DNA of 64,000 nt, from NCBI GenBank assembly GCA_041489255.1, contig JBGPQV010000001.1:10596-74595 (forward strand), given 5' to 3'. Origin of the DNA: Thermoplasmata archaeon (GTDB lineage Archaea > Thermoplasmatota > Thermoplasmata > RBG-16-68-12 > JAFNFQ01). Position numbers and translations under genes: made by a program. The stretch's first letter is position 1, and every line of letters starts with the position of its first letter. Of this stretch, positions 1-8,654 are shown one piece after another. The notes beneath the pieces were generated by a model. It saw only the letters and a program-made list of their open reading frames with translations. It did not search any database and was not told where the DNA came from.

Positions 1-491
1 GAGCAATCGTGCACGAGCCGCGCATCCTCTTCCTCGACGAACCGACGGCGAGCTTGGACCCGGAGGCCAGCAAGGTCGTCCGCGACTTCATCCTCCAGCT
101 GAAGGCACGAGGCGGAACTATCCTGCTGAACACCCACAACCTCTACGAGGCGCAGAGGCTGAGCGACCATGTTGGGATCATCAACACGCGGCTGCTCGCG
201 TTCGGCTCTCCTCACGACCTCGCGGATAGGATGTGGACGAAAGCGACCGTCGTGACCCTGAAGAAGGTCGATGAGGGCGTCCTCGCGGCGGTCAAGGCGC
301 TCGATTTCGTGAAGAACGTCAGCGTCGAGGATAGACAGATGATCGTCTCCCTCGGCGACCCTGACAGCGACAATCCAGCACTCGCGAAGGCGCTCGTCAA
401 GGCGGGGGCGGAGGTCGTTTCGATCAAGGAGAGAGAGCACAGCCTCGAGGACATATACCTCAAGCTCGTCAAGGGGGAGGGAGGCACATGA
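1..491 (+). CDS. ABC transporter ATP-binding subunit, C-terminal part (5' end outside window)
   Basis: Frame is open to the window edge. Walker B/D-loop LFLDEPTASLD and H-loop NTHNL are present. The stop overlaps the next start (ATGA). Confidence 0.85.
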   Translation, partial: AIVHEPRILFLDEPTASLDPEASKVVRDFILQLKARGGTILLNTHNLYEAQRLSDHVGIINTRLLAFGSPHDLADRMWTKATVVTLKKVDEGVLAAVKALDFVKNVSVEDRQMIVSLGDPDSDNPALAKALVKAGAEVVSIKEREHSLEDIYLKLVKGEGGT

Positions 492-1537
492 GGCTCGGGA
501 AGGCCTGGATCGTCGCGAGAAAGGATTTCTCAGAGTTCAGGGCGAACAAGCAGATCATCGCGACGCTGGCGATGATGCCCATCCTCATGACGATTTTCTC
601 GGTGCTCATCGCGGTCCCGCTGGCCTCCCTGGCCGCGCAGGAGCCGCCGCCGGAGCCGGACCTGAACCTCAACCTCCTTGTCTTCTACGATCATGTCGAC
701 CTGAAAGACACGACGCTCAACAACGCCTGGGTGAATTACTCGACGGTCCTGAACGGCATCGTGAACGTCTCCTACATCAACAACAGCACCCTCACGAACG
801 TCATCGCGTACAAGTCGCTCCTCGACAACGTGACGGTTACCAATGGCATCCTCATCGGATGCGTCCTGAGGAATTCGGAGTACGGGCAGAACTCGACAAT
901 CATGGTCGACACCGTCGTCTCGGGTACGACGACCGGGTCGAACGACCTCTACAAATCCCTCCTCGACATGATGACTCACAGCTTCCTGCTGTACTTCTTC
1001 TTCATCATGGCGGTGGCGATGCCCACGACGATAGCCTCGTACAGCTTCGTCGGTGAGAAGACGAACAAGACCCTGGAGCCGCTGCTCTCGACCCCCCTGA
1101 CAGACGGCGAGTTGCTCTTCGGGAAATATATCGCGGTCTTCGTGCCTGTGATGTCGCTGATACTCATCGCGTTCGTCATCATGACGGCGCTGATTGACTT
1201 CCTGACCGCCCCACTCCTGGGCTACCTCCTGATCCCCGACGCTGTCTGGCTGATCGGCGTGTTCGTCTTGACCCCTATCATCTGTATCGTCGGCATCGCG
1301 ATGAACGTCTACATATCGTCCAAGGTGAACGACGTCAGGACGGCGCAGCAGTACAGCGCCCTGATTGTCCTCCCGGTCCTGCTGGTGTTCGTGATTGGGC
1401 CGGTCACTGGACTAGGCGCAATCACCGTGGGGTCCATGGCCGCCATCGCCGTGGGCTTCCTCGGGGTCCTCACATTCCTCGTCTGGCTGAACCTGAGGAG
1501 GTTCAACCGCGAGGACATCCTTACGAGCTGGAAGTGA
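488..1537 (+). CDS. ABC-2 type transporter permease with large extracytoplasmic loop
   Basis: 349-aa ORF coupled to the ATPase. It has an N-terminal TM helix, an Asn/Thr-rich loop, then about 5 hydrophobic helices. Confidence 0.75.
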   Translation: MRLGKAWIVARKDFSEFRANKQIIATLAMMPILMTIFSVLIAVPLASLAAQEPPPEPDLNLNLLVFYDHVDLKDTTLNNAWVNYSTVLNGIVNVSYINNSTLTNVIAYKSLLDNVTVTNGILIGCVLRNSEYGQNSTIMVDTVVSGTTTGSNDLYKSLLDMMTHSFLLYFFFIMAVAMPTTIASYSFVGEKTNKTLEPLLSTPLTDGELLFGKYIAVFVPVMSLILIAFVIMTALIDFLTAPLLGYLLIPDAVWLIGVFVLTPIICIVGIAMNVYISSKVNDVRTAQQYSALIVLPVLLVFVIGPVTGLGAITVGSMAAIAVGFLGVLTFLVWLNLRRFNREDILTSWK

Positions 1538-1577
1538 CGCGGGGAAACCTTAAGACGAAGGTGCCATTCCATCCTCC

Positions 1578-2486
1578 GTGGAAATCGTCTTTCTCGGCAC
1601 CAGCGGATCCTGGCCTACGCCGAAGAGGAACGCGCCCGCGATGGCGGTGAAGCGCGGCCCCGAGGTCGTCCTCTTCGACTGCGGCGAGGGCACCCAGCGC
1701 CAGTTCATGCTCTCCAAGCTCTCGTTCATGCAGGTGACCAAGGTCTTCATCACGCACTTCCACGGTGACCACTTCCTCGGGCTGCCCGGCCTCATACAGA
1801 GCATGAACATGTACGACCGCGACAGGCCGATGCACATCTTCGGTCCGGCGGGGATGAAGCAGCTCGCGCACACCCTCGTCACGCTCGGCTACTTCACGCC
1901 GGGTTTCGCAATCGGGGTCACGGAGATGGCCGGTGGGTCGTCGATCGACTTCGGCGAGTACACCGTGTCCGCCATCGATGCGCAGCATGCAGTCCCCGCG
2001 CTTTCCTACTGCCTGGAGGAGAAGATGAGGCCCGGCAGGTTCGACAAGCCCAAGGCCCTGGAGCTCGGGATACCGGAGGGACCGCTGTTCGGGAAGCTGC
2101 AGGACGGGCAGACGGTGGCTTTTGGAGGGAAGACCTTCACCCCCGACATGGTGATGGGCCCGCCGCGGAGGGGCAGGAAGCTTGTATACACGGGCGACAC
2201 GCTTGCGCACCCCAAGCTCGCGGAGTTCGCGAGGGACTGCGACGTCCTCGTCCACGACGCCACCGCGGACTCGACCATGGAAGAGAAAGCGAACAAGTAC
2301 GGGCATTCCACCGCAAGACAGGCCGCGGCGCTCGCGAAGGAGTGCGGCGCCAGGGTCCTCTTCCTGACGCACTTCAGCCCGCGCTACGAGGATCCGGCAC
2401 CCATGCTCGCCGAGGCGAAGGCGGTGTTCGAGAACAGCATGCTAGCCTGCGATTTCCTGGAGTATGAAGTCCAGTACATCGACTGA
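1578..2486 (+). CDS. rnz: Ribonuclease Z (tRNA 3' endonuclease), metallo-beta-lactamase fold
   Basis: HFHGDH (HxHxDH) motif and N-terminal IVFLGTSGS. Length of 302 aa is typical of short RNase Z. GTG start. Confidence 0.9.
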   Translation: MEIVFLGTSGSWPTPKRNAPAMAVKRGPEVVLFDCGEGTQRQFMLSKLSFMQVTKVFITHFHGDHFLGLPGLIQSMNMYDRDRPMHIFGPAGMKQLAHTLVTLGYFTPGFAIGVTEMAGGSSIDFGEYTVSAIDAQHAVPALSYCLEEKMRPGRFDKPKALELGIPEGPLFGKLQDGQTVAFGGKTFTPDMVMGPPRRGRKLVYTGDTLAHPKLAEFARDCDVLVHDATADSTMEEKANKYGHSTARQAAALAKECGARVLFLTHFSPRYEDPAPMLAEAKAVFENSMLACDFLEYEVQYID

Positions 2487-2492
2487 TGCATC

Positions 2493-3080
2493 TCAGAGCA
2501 GCTTCATCAGATCGGACTTGGCGACTATACCCGCGATCTCACCGCCCCTCACGACCAGGACGGCGGGATATCGCTGCAGCAATGCGGCGATGATGCTCAC
2601 GGGCGCGCCCTCGTCGACGGTCGGCAGCGGGGCTTCCATGACCTGCGACGCGCGTATCTGCGCGAGGTCTTTCAGGCTCTTCCCCTCTAGAATCAGCCTG
2701 GCGATCGTCCCCTCCGTCAGGTTCCCAACATTCCTGCCGTCCTTGATCACCGGCAGCTGGGAGAAACCGCGGCCTCGCATCACCTCCGCGGCCTCCTGAA
2801 GGGTCGCCTCGGGGGTCACCGAGTAGACCACCCTGGTCCTCACCTTGCTCGCGACGACCTCGGGCTCGACCTTCTCCAGCTGCCTCTGCAAGGTCTCCAG
2901 CAGCTTCTTCGCGAGTTCGTAAGAGGGGATCATCTGGCTCCGCTCGATCTTTGCTATCGCGCTCTGGCTTACTCCCGCCAAGGCGGCTAGCTGAGCCTGC
3001 GTCAGGCCGAGGCTCCTCCGGAGCCTGGATATCTCGCTCAGATCGGGCAGCATCGTGAGATGAAGCGCGTCCCGCCACAT
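2493..3080 (-). CDS. Transcriptional regulator, XRE-type HTH fused to a CBS domain pair
   Basis: N-terminal LGLTQAQLAALAGVSQSAIAKIE helix-turn-helix, followed by two CBS-like repeats. A TATA-like GGTATTAATCG lies about 27 nt upstream. Confidence 0.8.
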   Translation of the reverse strand: MWRDALHLTMLPDLSEISRLRRSLGLTQAQLAALAGVSQSAIAKIERSQMIPSYELAKKLLETLQRQLEKVEPEVVASKVRTRVVYSVTPEATLQEAAEVMRGRGFSQLPVIKDGRNVGNLTEGTIARLILEGKSLKDLAQIRASQVMEAPLPTVDEGAPVSIIAALLQRYPAVLVVRGGEIAGIVAKSDLMKLL

Positions 3081-3242
3081 ATTCCTATCGGAATCAAAGC
3101 CTCAGCAGGCGATTAATACCTCCCGCCTTTGAATCCTGAATCGGCGGGGGAATCGAGCGGCCCCGGAGCGTTTGTAGCCGGAAGGAAACAAAAACCCTAT
3201 CTACGTGCTGGCTCTCCCGCCAGAAAGAACGGGTGAAGGACC

Positions 3243-4439
3243 TTGGCGCGAAACATATTCGTCGAGCATTTGGCTCACACTCCGATCGAGAAGCAGGAGA
3301 CCGAGATAGTCGAGAGGAAGGGCATAGGTCACCCCGACAGCGTGGCCGACGGCGTCGCCGAGAGCGTCTCGAGGGCGCTCTGCCAGATGTACATCGAGAG
3401 ATACGGGCGCATACTCCATCACAACACGGACGAGGTGCAGGTGGTCGGCGGCCAGTCAGACCCTCGCTTCGGGGGCGGGGTCGTGCTCGATCCCGCATAT
3501 GTGCTCCTGGTCGGCAGGGCCGTGACCCAGGTCGACGGCCACAGGCTGCCATACAGGCATGTGGCGGTGCAGGCAGCTCATGACTACATCCAGAGCGTCT
3601 GCACGAACCTACACGTTGACACGGAGACCATCATCGACTGCAAGATCGGGCAGGGGTCCGTCGACCTGAGGGGCCTTTACGAGACGAAGAAACTGCTCGC
3701 CAACGACACGTCGTTCGGCGTCAGCTTCGCGCCCTACAGCGAGACGGAGAAGCTCGCCCTGGAGACGGAGGAGCTCATCAACGGGCCGCTGAAGAAGAAG
3801 CTGCCCGAGGTAGGGCAGGACGTCAAGGTCATGGCGTACAGGTCGAAAGACAAGATCTTCCTCACCGTCGCGGCGGCCATGGTGGACAGGTACATCCCCG
3901 ACAAGGATCACTACCTCAGCGTCAAGGAGGAACTCAAGGATCTGATACTCAACCTCGCGGCGAGGAAGACGAAAAGGGATGTCGCGGTCGAGGTCAACAC
4001 CGGAGACAACCCCAAGGCGAACATCTTCTACCTCACCGTCACGGGCGTCTCGTTCGAGAACGGCGACGACGGGTCAGTCGGGCGGGGGAACAGGTGCAAT
4101 GGGCTCATCACGCCGTACAGGCCGATGAGCCTCGAGGCGACAGCGGGCAAGAACCCGGTGACCCACGTCGGCAAGCTCTACAACATACTCGCGTTCGAGC
4201 TCGCGCAGAGGATCGTGGACGAGGCGCGCGGGGACATCGAGGAGGTCCACGTCCGCATGGTCTCGCAGATAGGCAGGCCGATATCCGAACCCCAGGCAGC
4301 GACGGCCCAGGTCATGCTCGCGGACGGCACGAAGCTGGCGTCCGTGAAGGAGAACGTCGAGGGCGTGATCGCGAACGGCCTCGAACACATAGGGAACCTG
4401 ACGGAGCGCATCGTGAAGGGCAAGGTCAGGATATTCTAG
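3243..4439 (+). CDS. metK: S-adenosylmethionine synthetase, archaeal type
   Basis: N-terminus RNIFVE...[14 protein letters not shown] is diagnostic of archaeal MAT. 398 aa, inferred TTG start. Confidence 0.92.
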   Translation: MARNIFVEHLAHTPIEKQETEIVERKGIGHPDSVADGVAESVSRALCQMYIERYGRILHHNTDEVQVVGGQSDPRFGGGVVLDPAYVLLVGRAVTQVDGHRLPYRHVAVQAAHDYIQSVCTNLHVDTETIIDCKIGQGSVDLRGLYETKKLLANDTSFGVSFAPYSETEKLALETEELINGPLKKKLPEVGQDVKVMAYRSKDKIFLTVAAAMVDRYIPDKDHYLSVKEELKDLILNLAARKTKRDVAVEVNTGDNPKANIFYLTVTGVSFENGDDGSVGRGNRCNGLITPYRPMSLEATAGKNPVTHVGKLYNILAFELAQRIVDEARGDIEEVHVRMVSQIGRPISEPQAATAQVMLADGTKLASVKENVEGVIANGLEHIGNLTERIVKGKVRIF

Positions 4440-4598
4440 AGGTTGATAGTGGGCCGGAACGCCACATTTGACCGGATGCCGGGTCATCTGGCCGTAGTAT
4501 CAGCCATGAGAGTCGGGGCATAAGCATTAAAGCGGTCAGCGCGCGTTCTTAGGCGCCATACAGCGGATTTGCAGTTATTCGACGCATAGAGGTGCGGC

Positions 4599-4874
4599 TT
4601 GAACGAGTCTATTGTGTTCAGACCGGACACGGAAAAGGTCCTCGACGAGAGGCTCAGGGCGAACGACAAGGACCCCGATGTCATGTTCACGTACGCCGCG
4701 CTGAGGACGATCCAAGGCAAGTTCGAGGAGGCCCTCGACTGGCTTCGGCAGCTCGAGGAGATCGAGCCCAAGTACCCCGGGATGTGGCGGTTGAAGGCCA
4801 AGATTTATGAGCTCAAGGGAGATGCAGAGACCGCGGCATTCTACTGGAAGATGGGGTGCGATGGCTCCAGATGA
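4599..4874 (+). CDS. Small TPR-repeat protein (about 2 TPR motifs)
   Basis: 91-aa ORF, TTG start directly after an in-frame TAG. TPR-like helices (FEEALDWLRQLEEIEPKYP..., AKIYELKGDAETAAFYW). Its 3' end overlaps the GTPase start by 14 nt. Confidence 0.6.
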   Translation: MNESIVFRPDTEKVLDERLRANDKDPDVMFTYAALRTIQGKFEEALDWLRQLEEIEPKYPGMWRLKAKIYELKGDAETAAFYWKMGCDGSR

Positions 4875-5445
4875 CGAAAGACCAAGAGCAGTGAAGGTTA
4901 AACTCTGTCTAGCCGGAGAGCCCGCCGTCGGCAAGAGCAGCATGATCAAGCGCTTCGTCTTGGACATGTACGACGACAGGTATATCGCCACGCTCGGGAC
5001 GAAGGTCACGAAGAAGACTGTCACCCTGGTCGACTTCGATGGAGGCCAGGTGAAGGCTGACCTGATCGTCTGGGACGTCATGGGCACGAGGTCGATCAGG
5101 GACCTGCTGAAGGAAGCCTACTACCACGGCGCGAACGGCGTCATGGCCGTCTGCGACCTGACGAGGCGGGAGACGCTCCTCGAGCTGGACTCATGGTCGA
5201 AGGCGATCGAGACGGTCGCGGGTGTCGTCCCGACGCAGGTGGTCGCCAACAAAGTCGACCTGAAGGAGTCGAGGCAGGTCAGCGACGGCGAGCTGGAGAA
5301 GTTCTGCAGCGCCCGCGGATGGAAGTACGTCACGACGAGCGCGAAGACGGGAGAGAACGTCGAGCAGGCGTTCAAGGACCTCGGCCAGAGCGCACTCGTG
5401 AAGGTGCTCGGCGTGCAGAGACCCCCCGTCGTGGCGAGCCAGTGA
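4861..5445 (+). CDS. Ras-superfamily (Rab/Ras-like) small GTPase
   Basis: G1 GEPAVGKS, switch I YIATLGTKV (Rab-like YxxTIG), G3 WDVMG (DxxG), G4 NKVD, G5 TSAK. Start placed at the internal ATG 4861 (MAPDDERPRAVKVKL...). Confidence 0.85.
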   Translation: MAPDDERPRAVKVKLCLAGEPAVGKSSMIKRFVLDMYDDRYIATLGTKVTKKTVTLVDFDGGQVKADLIVWDVMGTRSIRDLLKEAYYHGANGVMAVCDLTRRETLLELDSWSKAIETVAGVVPTQVVANKVDLKESRQVSDGELEKFCSARGWKYVTTSAKTGENVEQAFKDLGQSALVKVLGVQRPPVVASQ

Positions 5446-5480
5446 GGCCCGAGCACGTGCAATGGGCGGCCAGCTCCCAG

Positions 5481-5494
5481 AAAAGATTATAAGG
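5481..5494 (+). promoter_or_regulatory. BRE/TATA-like element upstream of the coiled-coil gene
   Basis: AAAAGATTATAAGG about 45 nt upstream of ATG 5534. Confidence 0.4.
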
Positions 5495-5533
5495 TTCAAT
5501 TCTCTAGGATTGACCCTCCATTGGTCGTAGGAT

Positions 5534-6403
5534 ATGGCGGAGTTCGAGCGGGGGTTACTGGAGAAAAGAGAGAGGGCCAACGCCGACGCTGAGAAGCACA
5601 GGCGGAAGCGCGACGACCTCAACGAGAAGACCAGGCAGTGGGTCGAGAAGAGGGACGTCCTCAACGCGCAGGCGAGGCCCCTCATCGAGGAGGCGACTGT
5701 CCACCGCGAGAAGAGAGACGCCCTCAACCTCGATGTCAGGAAGGCCAAGGAGGAGAGGGACAGGTGGAACCGCAGGGTGAACGACCTCGCCGCGATGATC
5801 GGCGACATCAAGCGGAGGAAGATGCCGCGGGGCGAGGCTTACCTTTTCGAGCTCAAGAAAGAGCTCAAGGCGCTCGAGTTCAGGCAGATGACCTCGGTCC
5901 TCACGGCGGACAAGGAGAAGGATTTGATCAAGGAGATGGGGCGGTACCAGGCGGAGATCAACAAGATAGAGCAGACCCTGGAGGAGGACGAGGAGGTCAA
6001 GAAGGCGCGGGAGGAGCTCGCGGCGACGAAGGAGACCGCCGAGGCCGCGCACAAGATGGTCGGGGAGCTCGCAGAGCAGGCGCAGGCGGAGCACGACATT
6101 ATGATCTCCCTGTACGAGCAGGGCGACGCGGTGAGGAAGGAGGCGGACGGCGCCCAGGAGGAGTTCATCAAGACGAAGATGATGGCCGACGAGGAGCACA
6201 GGAGCCACATCGACCACATCAGGCTCGTGCACGACTACGACAAGATACTCCACGGTGTCAGAGCGAGGACGGCGAGGCCGCGCGAGGAGGTCGTCGAGGT
6301 CGCGGCGAAGAAGGAGGCCGAGCTCATCTACGAGAGGTTCAGGAGAGGGGAGAAGCTCAGCACGGAGGACCTGATGACCCTCCAGAATTCAGGGTACCTG
6401 TAG
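5534..6403 (+). CDS. Archaeal coiled-coil protein (COG1340-like)
   Basis: 289 aa, almost entirely heptad-like and K/E/R-rich. Same architecture and N-terminal pattern as the paralog at 33512..34384. Confidence 0.7.
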   Translation: MAEFERGLLEKRERANADAEKHRRKRDDLNEKTRQWVEKRDVLNAQARPLIEEATVHREKRDALNLDVRKAKEERDRWNRRVNDLAAMIGDIKRRKMPRGEAYLFELKKELKALEFRQMTSVLTADKEKDLIKEMGRYQAEINKIEQTLEEDEEVKKAREELAATKETAEAAHKMVGELAEQAQAEHDIMISLYEQGDAVRKEADGAQEEFIKTKMMADEEHRSHIDHIRLVHDYDKILHGVRARTARPREEVVEVAAKKEAELIYERFRRGEKLSTEDLMTLQNSGYL

Positions 6404-6454
6404 GCCGCAGGATGACGTCCACCGCTCAGTCTCAGCAACCGAGTCCGTGAACAC

Positions 6455-6467
6455 AAGGTATTTTACC
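6455..6467 (+). promoter_or_regulatory. BRE/TATA-like element for the tRNA-Phe/tRNA-Tyr pair
   Basis: AAGGTATTTTACC centred about 30 nt upstream of tRNA-Phe position 1. Confidence 0.4.
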
Positions 6468-6491
6468 AGCCCGCATATACATCGGGAAGGA

Positions 6492-6590
6492 GCCGCAGTA
6501 ACTCAGCTGGGAGAGTGCGAGACTGAAGTACGAGGGTCAGGCCCTCGCGCGGAAATCTCGAAGTCGCCGGTTCAAGTCCGGCCTGCGGCA
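6492..6590 (+). tRNA. tRNA-Phe(GAA) with canonical 26-nt intron (6529..6554)
   Basis: Manual cloverleaf: GCCGCAG/CTGCGGC acceptor, ACTC-AGCTGGGA-GAGT D arm, CGAGA..TCTCG anticodon stem, loop CTGAAG|intron|A, T arm GCCGG-TTCAAGT-CCGGC. No encoded CCA. Confidence 0.9.
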
Positions 6591-6593
6591 CGT

Positions 6594-6701
6594 CCCGCCT
6601 TAGCTCAGCCTGGTAGAGCGGGTGACTGTAGAAGGTTCCCGCCAGAATTGGCGGTGCCCGCTGGCATCATCAGGCCTCCGGTTCAAATCCGGAAGGCGGG
6701 A
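6594..6701 (+). tRNA. tRNA-Tyr(GUA) with canonical 34-nt intron (6632..6665)
   Basis: CCCGCCT/AGGCGGG acceptor (C1:G72, as in archaeal tRNA-Tyr), GCTC-AGCCTGGTA-GAGC D arm, loop CTGTAG|intron|A, T arm TCCGG-TTCAAAT-CCGGA. Lies 3 nt after tRNA-Phe. Confidence 0.9.
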
Positions 6702-6777
6702 CTCCCTTCCATTTCTCAGGTCGATCCCCGTCCCGGTAGCTTTATCGTCGGATGCGTGTATACACAAAGTAGATACG

Positions 6778-6990
6778 ATGAACGCGCGCGTGAGGCGTTG
6801 GGGCAACAGTCTGGCGATCCGTTTGAACAAGAAGCAGCTCGACTCGGCGGGCATCTCAGAGGGTGACCTGGTGAACGTGGACGTGGTGAAGCTGAAGAAG
6901 GGCGGCAACCTGGACCTGGAGAGCCTGCCCACGTTCAAGGACAGCGATCCGAAGGCCAGCGCAAGACATGACGATTACCTCTACGGGTGA
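6778..6990 (+). CDS. vapB: AbrB/MazE (SpoVT) fold antitoxin, VapB-like
   Basis: MNARVRRWGNSLAIRLNKK is the classic looped-hinge-helix motif. 70 aa, immediately upstream of a PIN gene. Confidence 0.85.
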   Translation: MNARVRRWGNSLAIRLNKKQLDSAGISEGDLVNVDVVKLKKGGNLDLESLPTFKDSDPKASARHDDYLYG

Positions 6991-6994
6991 CGCG

Positions 6995-7381
6995 ATGCGG
7001 ATTGCCGACACCAGCTTCCTCTACGCGCTATTCTCCGAGACGGACGAGCATCATACGAAGGCGGTGGCGGAGGCAGGCAAGACCCACGCTCTGTCGATTC
7101 CACCCGAGATCTTGTCGGAGACCGTCTCGCTCATCCATCGCAGGCAGGGCTTTCAGGCCGCCATGTTGGCGGGGGAGTGGGTCCGTTCGCAGGCGGGCAT
7201 CGAAATATGCGCAGCCCCCAAGCCGATCATCGAAAACACATGGAAGATATTCGCCGCCGGCAATGGGAGGCTGAGCTACCCCGATTCGGCCGTCATCGCC
7301 CACTGCAGGGCCTTGAACGCGCGTCCGCTCACCTTCGACGAGACGATCTTGGATTTCATGGGGAGAAGACCAAAGACTTAG
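6995..7381 (+). CDS. vapC: PIN-domain ribonuclease toxin VapC
   Basis: MRIADTSFLYALF (first acidic residue), PPEILSET, SYPDSAVIA and a C-terminal FDE. Start taken at ATG 6995, 4 nt after the vapB stop; ATG 6968 is also possible. Confidence 0.8.
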   Translation: MRIADTSFLYALFSETDEHHTKAVAEAGKTHALSIPPEILSETVSLIHRRQGFQAAMLAGEWVRSQAGIEICAAPKPIIENTWKIFAAGNGRLSYPDSAVIAHCRALNARPLTFDETILDFMGRRPKT

Positions 7382-7493
7382 CGATGTCTGCTTTCCCTGG
7401 AGTCCTGCCACGCATTCAACCCTCCCTCCCGAGCGTTCATCACGAAGGGGACGCCATCGCCATCGACTCCTTACGTGGGGTGCCGATCAACGA

Positions 7494-7527
7494 CAGGCCT
7501 CCGGTTCTGATTCGAGAGGCGGGACTC
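7494..7527 (+). repeat. Degenerate direct repeat of the tRNA-Tyr 3' half (att-like)
   Basis: CAGGCCTCCGGTTCtgATtCGagAGGCGGGACTC against 6671..6704 CAGGCCTCCGGTTCaaATcCGgaAGGCGGGACTC. Confidence 0.7.
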
Positions 7528-7711
7528 GTCCTTTTCAGGGCGGTCCGGGAGGGGGAGGCCATAGGCGCCAGTTTCGGCCACCTGCGAGTTATCCATAAGT
7601 ATGGATAACTACCGGGCACTCCGCCATCGACTCAATGGTGTGGGCGGCTCACGCCAATCTCGCGCTTCACCTTGGAGAAACCTTCTTGTCTGATGGTGGA
7701 ATCAACCATTC

Positions 7712-8605
7712 GTGAGAATACTCGTCTTCGGGGCAGGAGCGATGGGCAGCCTCATCGGCGGGCTGCTCTCCTCGCGGCACGAGGTCACCCTAGTCGCGCG
7801 GCCCGACCACGTCAGGGCGATCAGGCGGTGCGGGCTGCGAATCACCGGGAAGACGGAGATGATTTCGGACGCCTGGGCGACTACAGAAGCCCCTCGCGAC
7901 AGGCAGGACGTCGTGATCGTCTCGACGAAGGCCTACGACACGGCGTCCTCGGTTCGCCAACTCAAAAGGTTCTGGCACTCCCCACTATTCCTGACACTGC
8001 AGAACGGGCTGAGGAACGCGGATTTGATTGCGGAGAAAGCGGACCGTGTCGCCGCAGGGACGACCAGCCACGGCGTCACGTTCATCAGGGAAGGCATGAT
8101 CCGCCACGCAGGGCTGGGGGACACCTATCTGGGGACATTCAAGAAGGTCACCGCCGGGGAGGTCAGGGAGCTCTGTCGCGAGTTCACCGCCTGCGGCTTC
8201 CCGGCCAACTATTCCGATGATATCAGGCGCGATCTGTGGATGAAGGCCATCGTCAATGCCGCCATCAACCCCCTCACCGCCATCGCGAGAGTGGAGAACG
8301 GACGCCTGCTCCAGATCCCCCAGCTTCATGCCCTCATGAGGCAGAGCTGTGAGGAGGCGGCGGCAGTCGCAAGGGCCGAGGGCCACCAGATAAAGTCCAC
8401 CGAGGCGACCAAGATTACCGAGAGGGTCGCCCTGCGTACCGCCGCGAACAGGTCTAGCATGCTGCAGGACATCGAGCGGGGTCGGCGCACGGAGGTCCCG
8501 CAGATCAGCGGTGCGATAGCAGAAGCGGCGGAACGGCGAGGAATCCCATTGCCGGTTGTCAACGCGCTCCGCCTCAGCGTGAGCGAGCTTGAGCGGCACG
8601 CCTAG
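7712..8605 (+). CDS. panE: 2-dehydropantoate 2-reductase (ketopantoate reductase)
   Basis: N-terminal Rossmann MRILVFGAGAMGS, ApbA/PanE-like length and C-terminal domain. GTG start. Confidence 0.8.
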   Translation: MRILVFGAGAMGSLIGGLLSSRHEVTLVARPDHVRAIRRCGLRITGKTEMISDAWATTEAPRDRQDVVIVSTKAYDTASSVRQLKRFWHSPLFLTLQNGLRNADLIAEKADRVAAGTTSHGVTFIREGMIRHAGLGDTYLGTFKKVTAGEVRELCREFTACGFPANYSDDIRRDLWMKAIVNAAINPLTAIARVENGRLLQIPQLHALMRQSCEEAAAVARAEGHQIKSTEATKITERVALRTAANRSSMLQDIERGRRTEVPQISGAIAEAAERRGIPLPVVNALRLSVSELERHA

Positions 8606-8654
8606 TAATGCTGCAATCCATTGCCAGCAGCCCGTTCCGGGCAGTTTCTTGCCA

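Larger units (their letters stand above)
6702..7527. mobile_element. Putative remnant of a tRNA-Tyr-targeting integrated element carrying vapBC
   Basis: Bounded by the tRNA-Tyr 3' end and a 29/34-nt degenerate direct copy of it at 7494..7527. Contains only a TA pair and no integrase. Confidence 0.4.

Noticed and set aside
1521-2372. Long antisense or alternate-frame ORFs, e.g. 1521..2372(-), 5555..6253(-), 8589..9674(+), 9739..10857(-), 12546..13622(-), 16960..17838(-), 24776..25696(+), 27259..28443(+), 41049..42092(+), 43047..44111(-), 45223..46341(+), 48247..49026(+), 63091..63915(+)
   Set aside because: Each lies opposite or out of frame to a gene with clear family motifs. Their translations are Arg/Pro/Gly/His-rich with no motifs. 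These are the expected stop-poor shadow frames of high-GC coding DNA.
4440-4598. Possible ncRNA in the 160-nt gap between metK and the TPR gene
   Set aside because: Only weak, imperfect inverted repeats are present, with no tRNA-like arms and no terminator. The gap most simply holds the promoter and 5' region of the TPR-GTPase pair.
7384-7608. 74-aa ORF (MSAFPGVLPR...) downstream of vapC
   Set aside because: Its third-codon G/C bias is weak compared with neighbouring genes. It runs straight through the tRNA-Tyr-derived repeat at 7494..7527, so it is more likely non-coding scar sequence.
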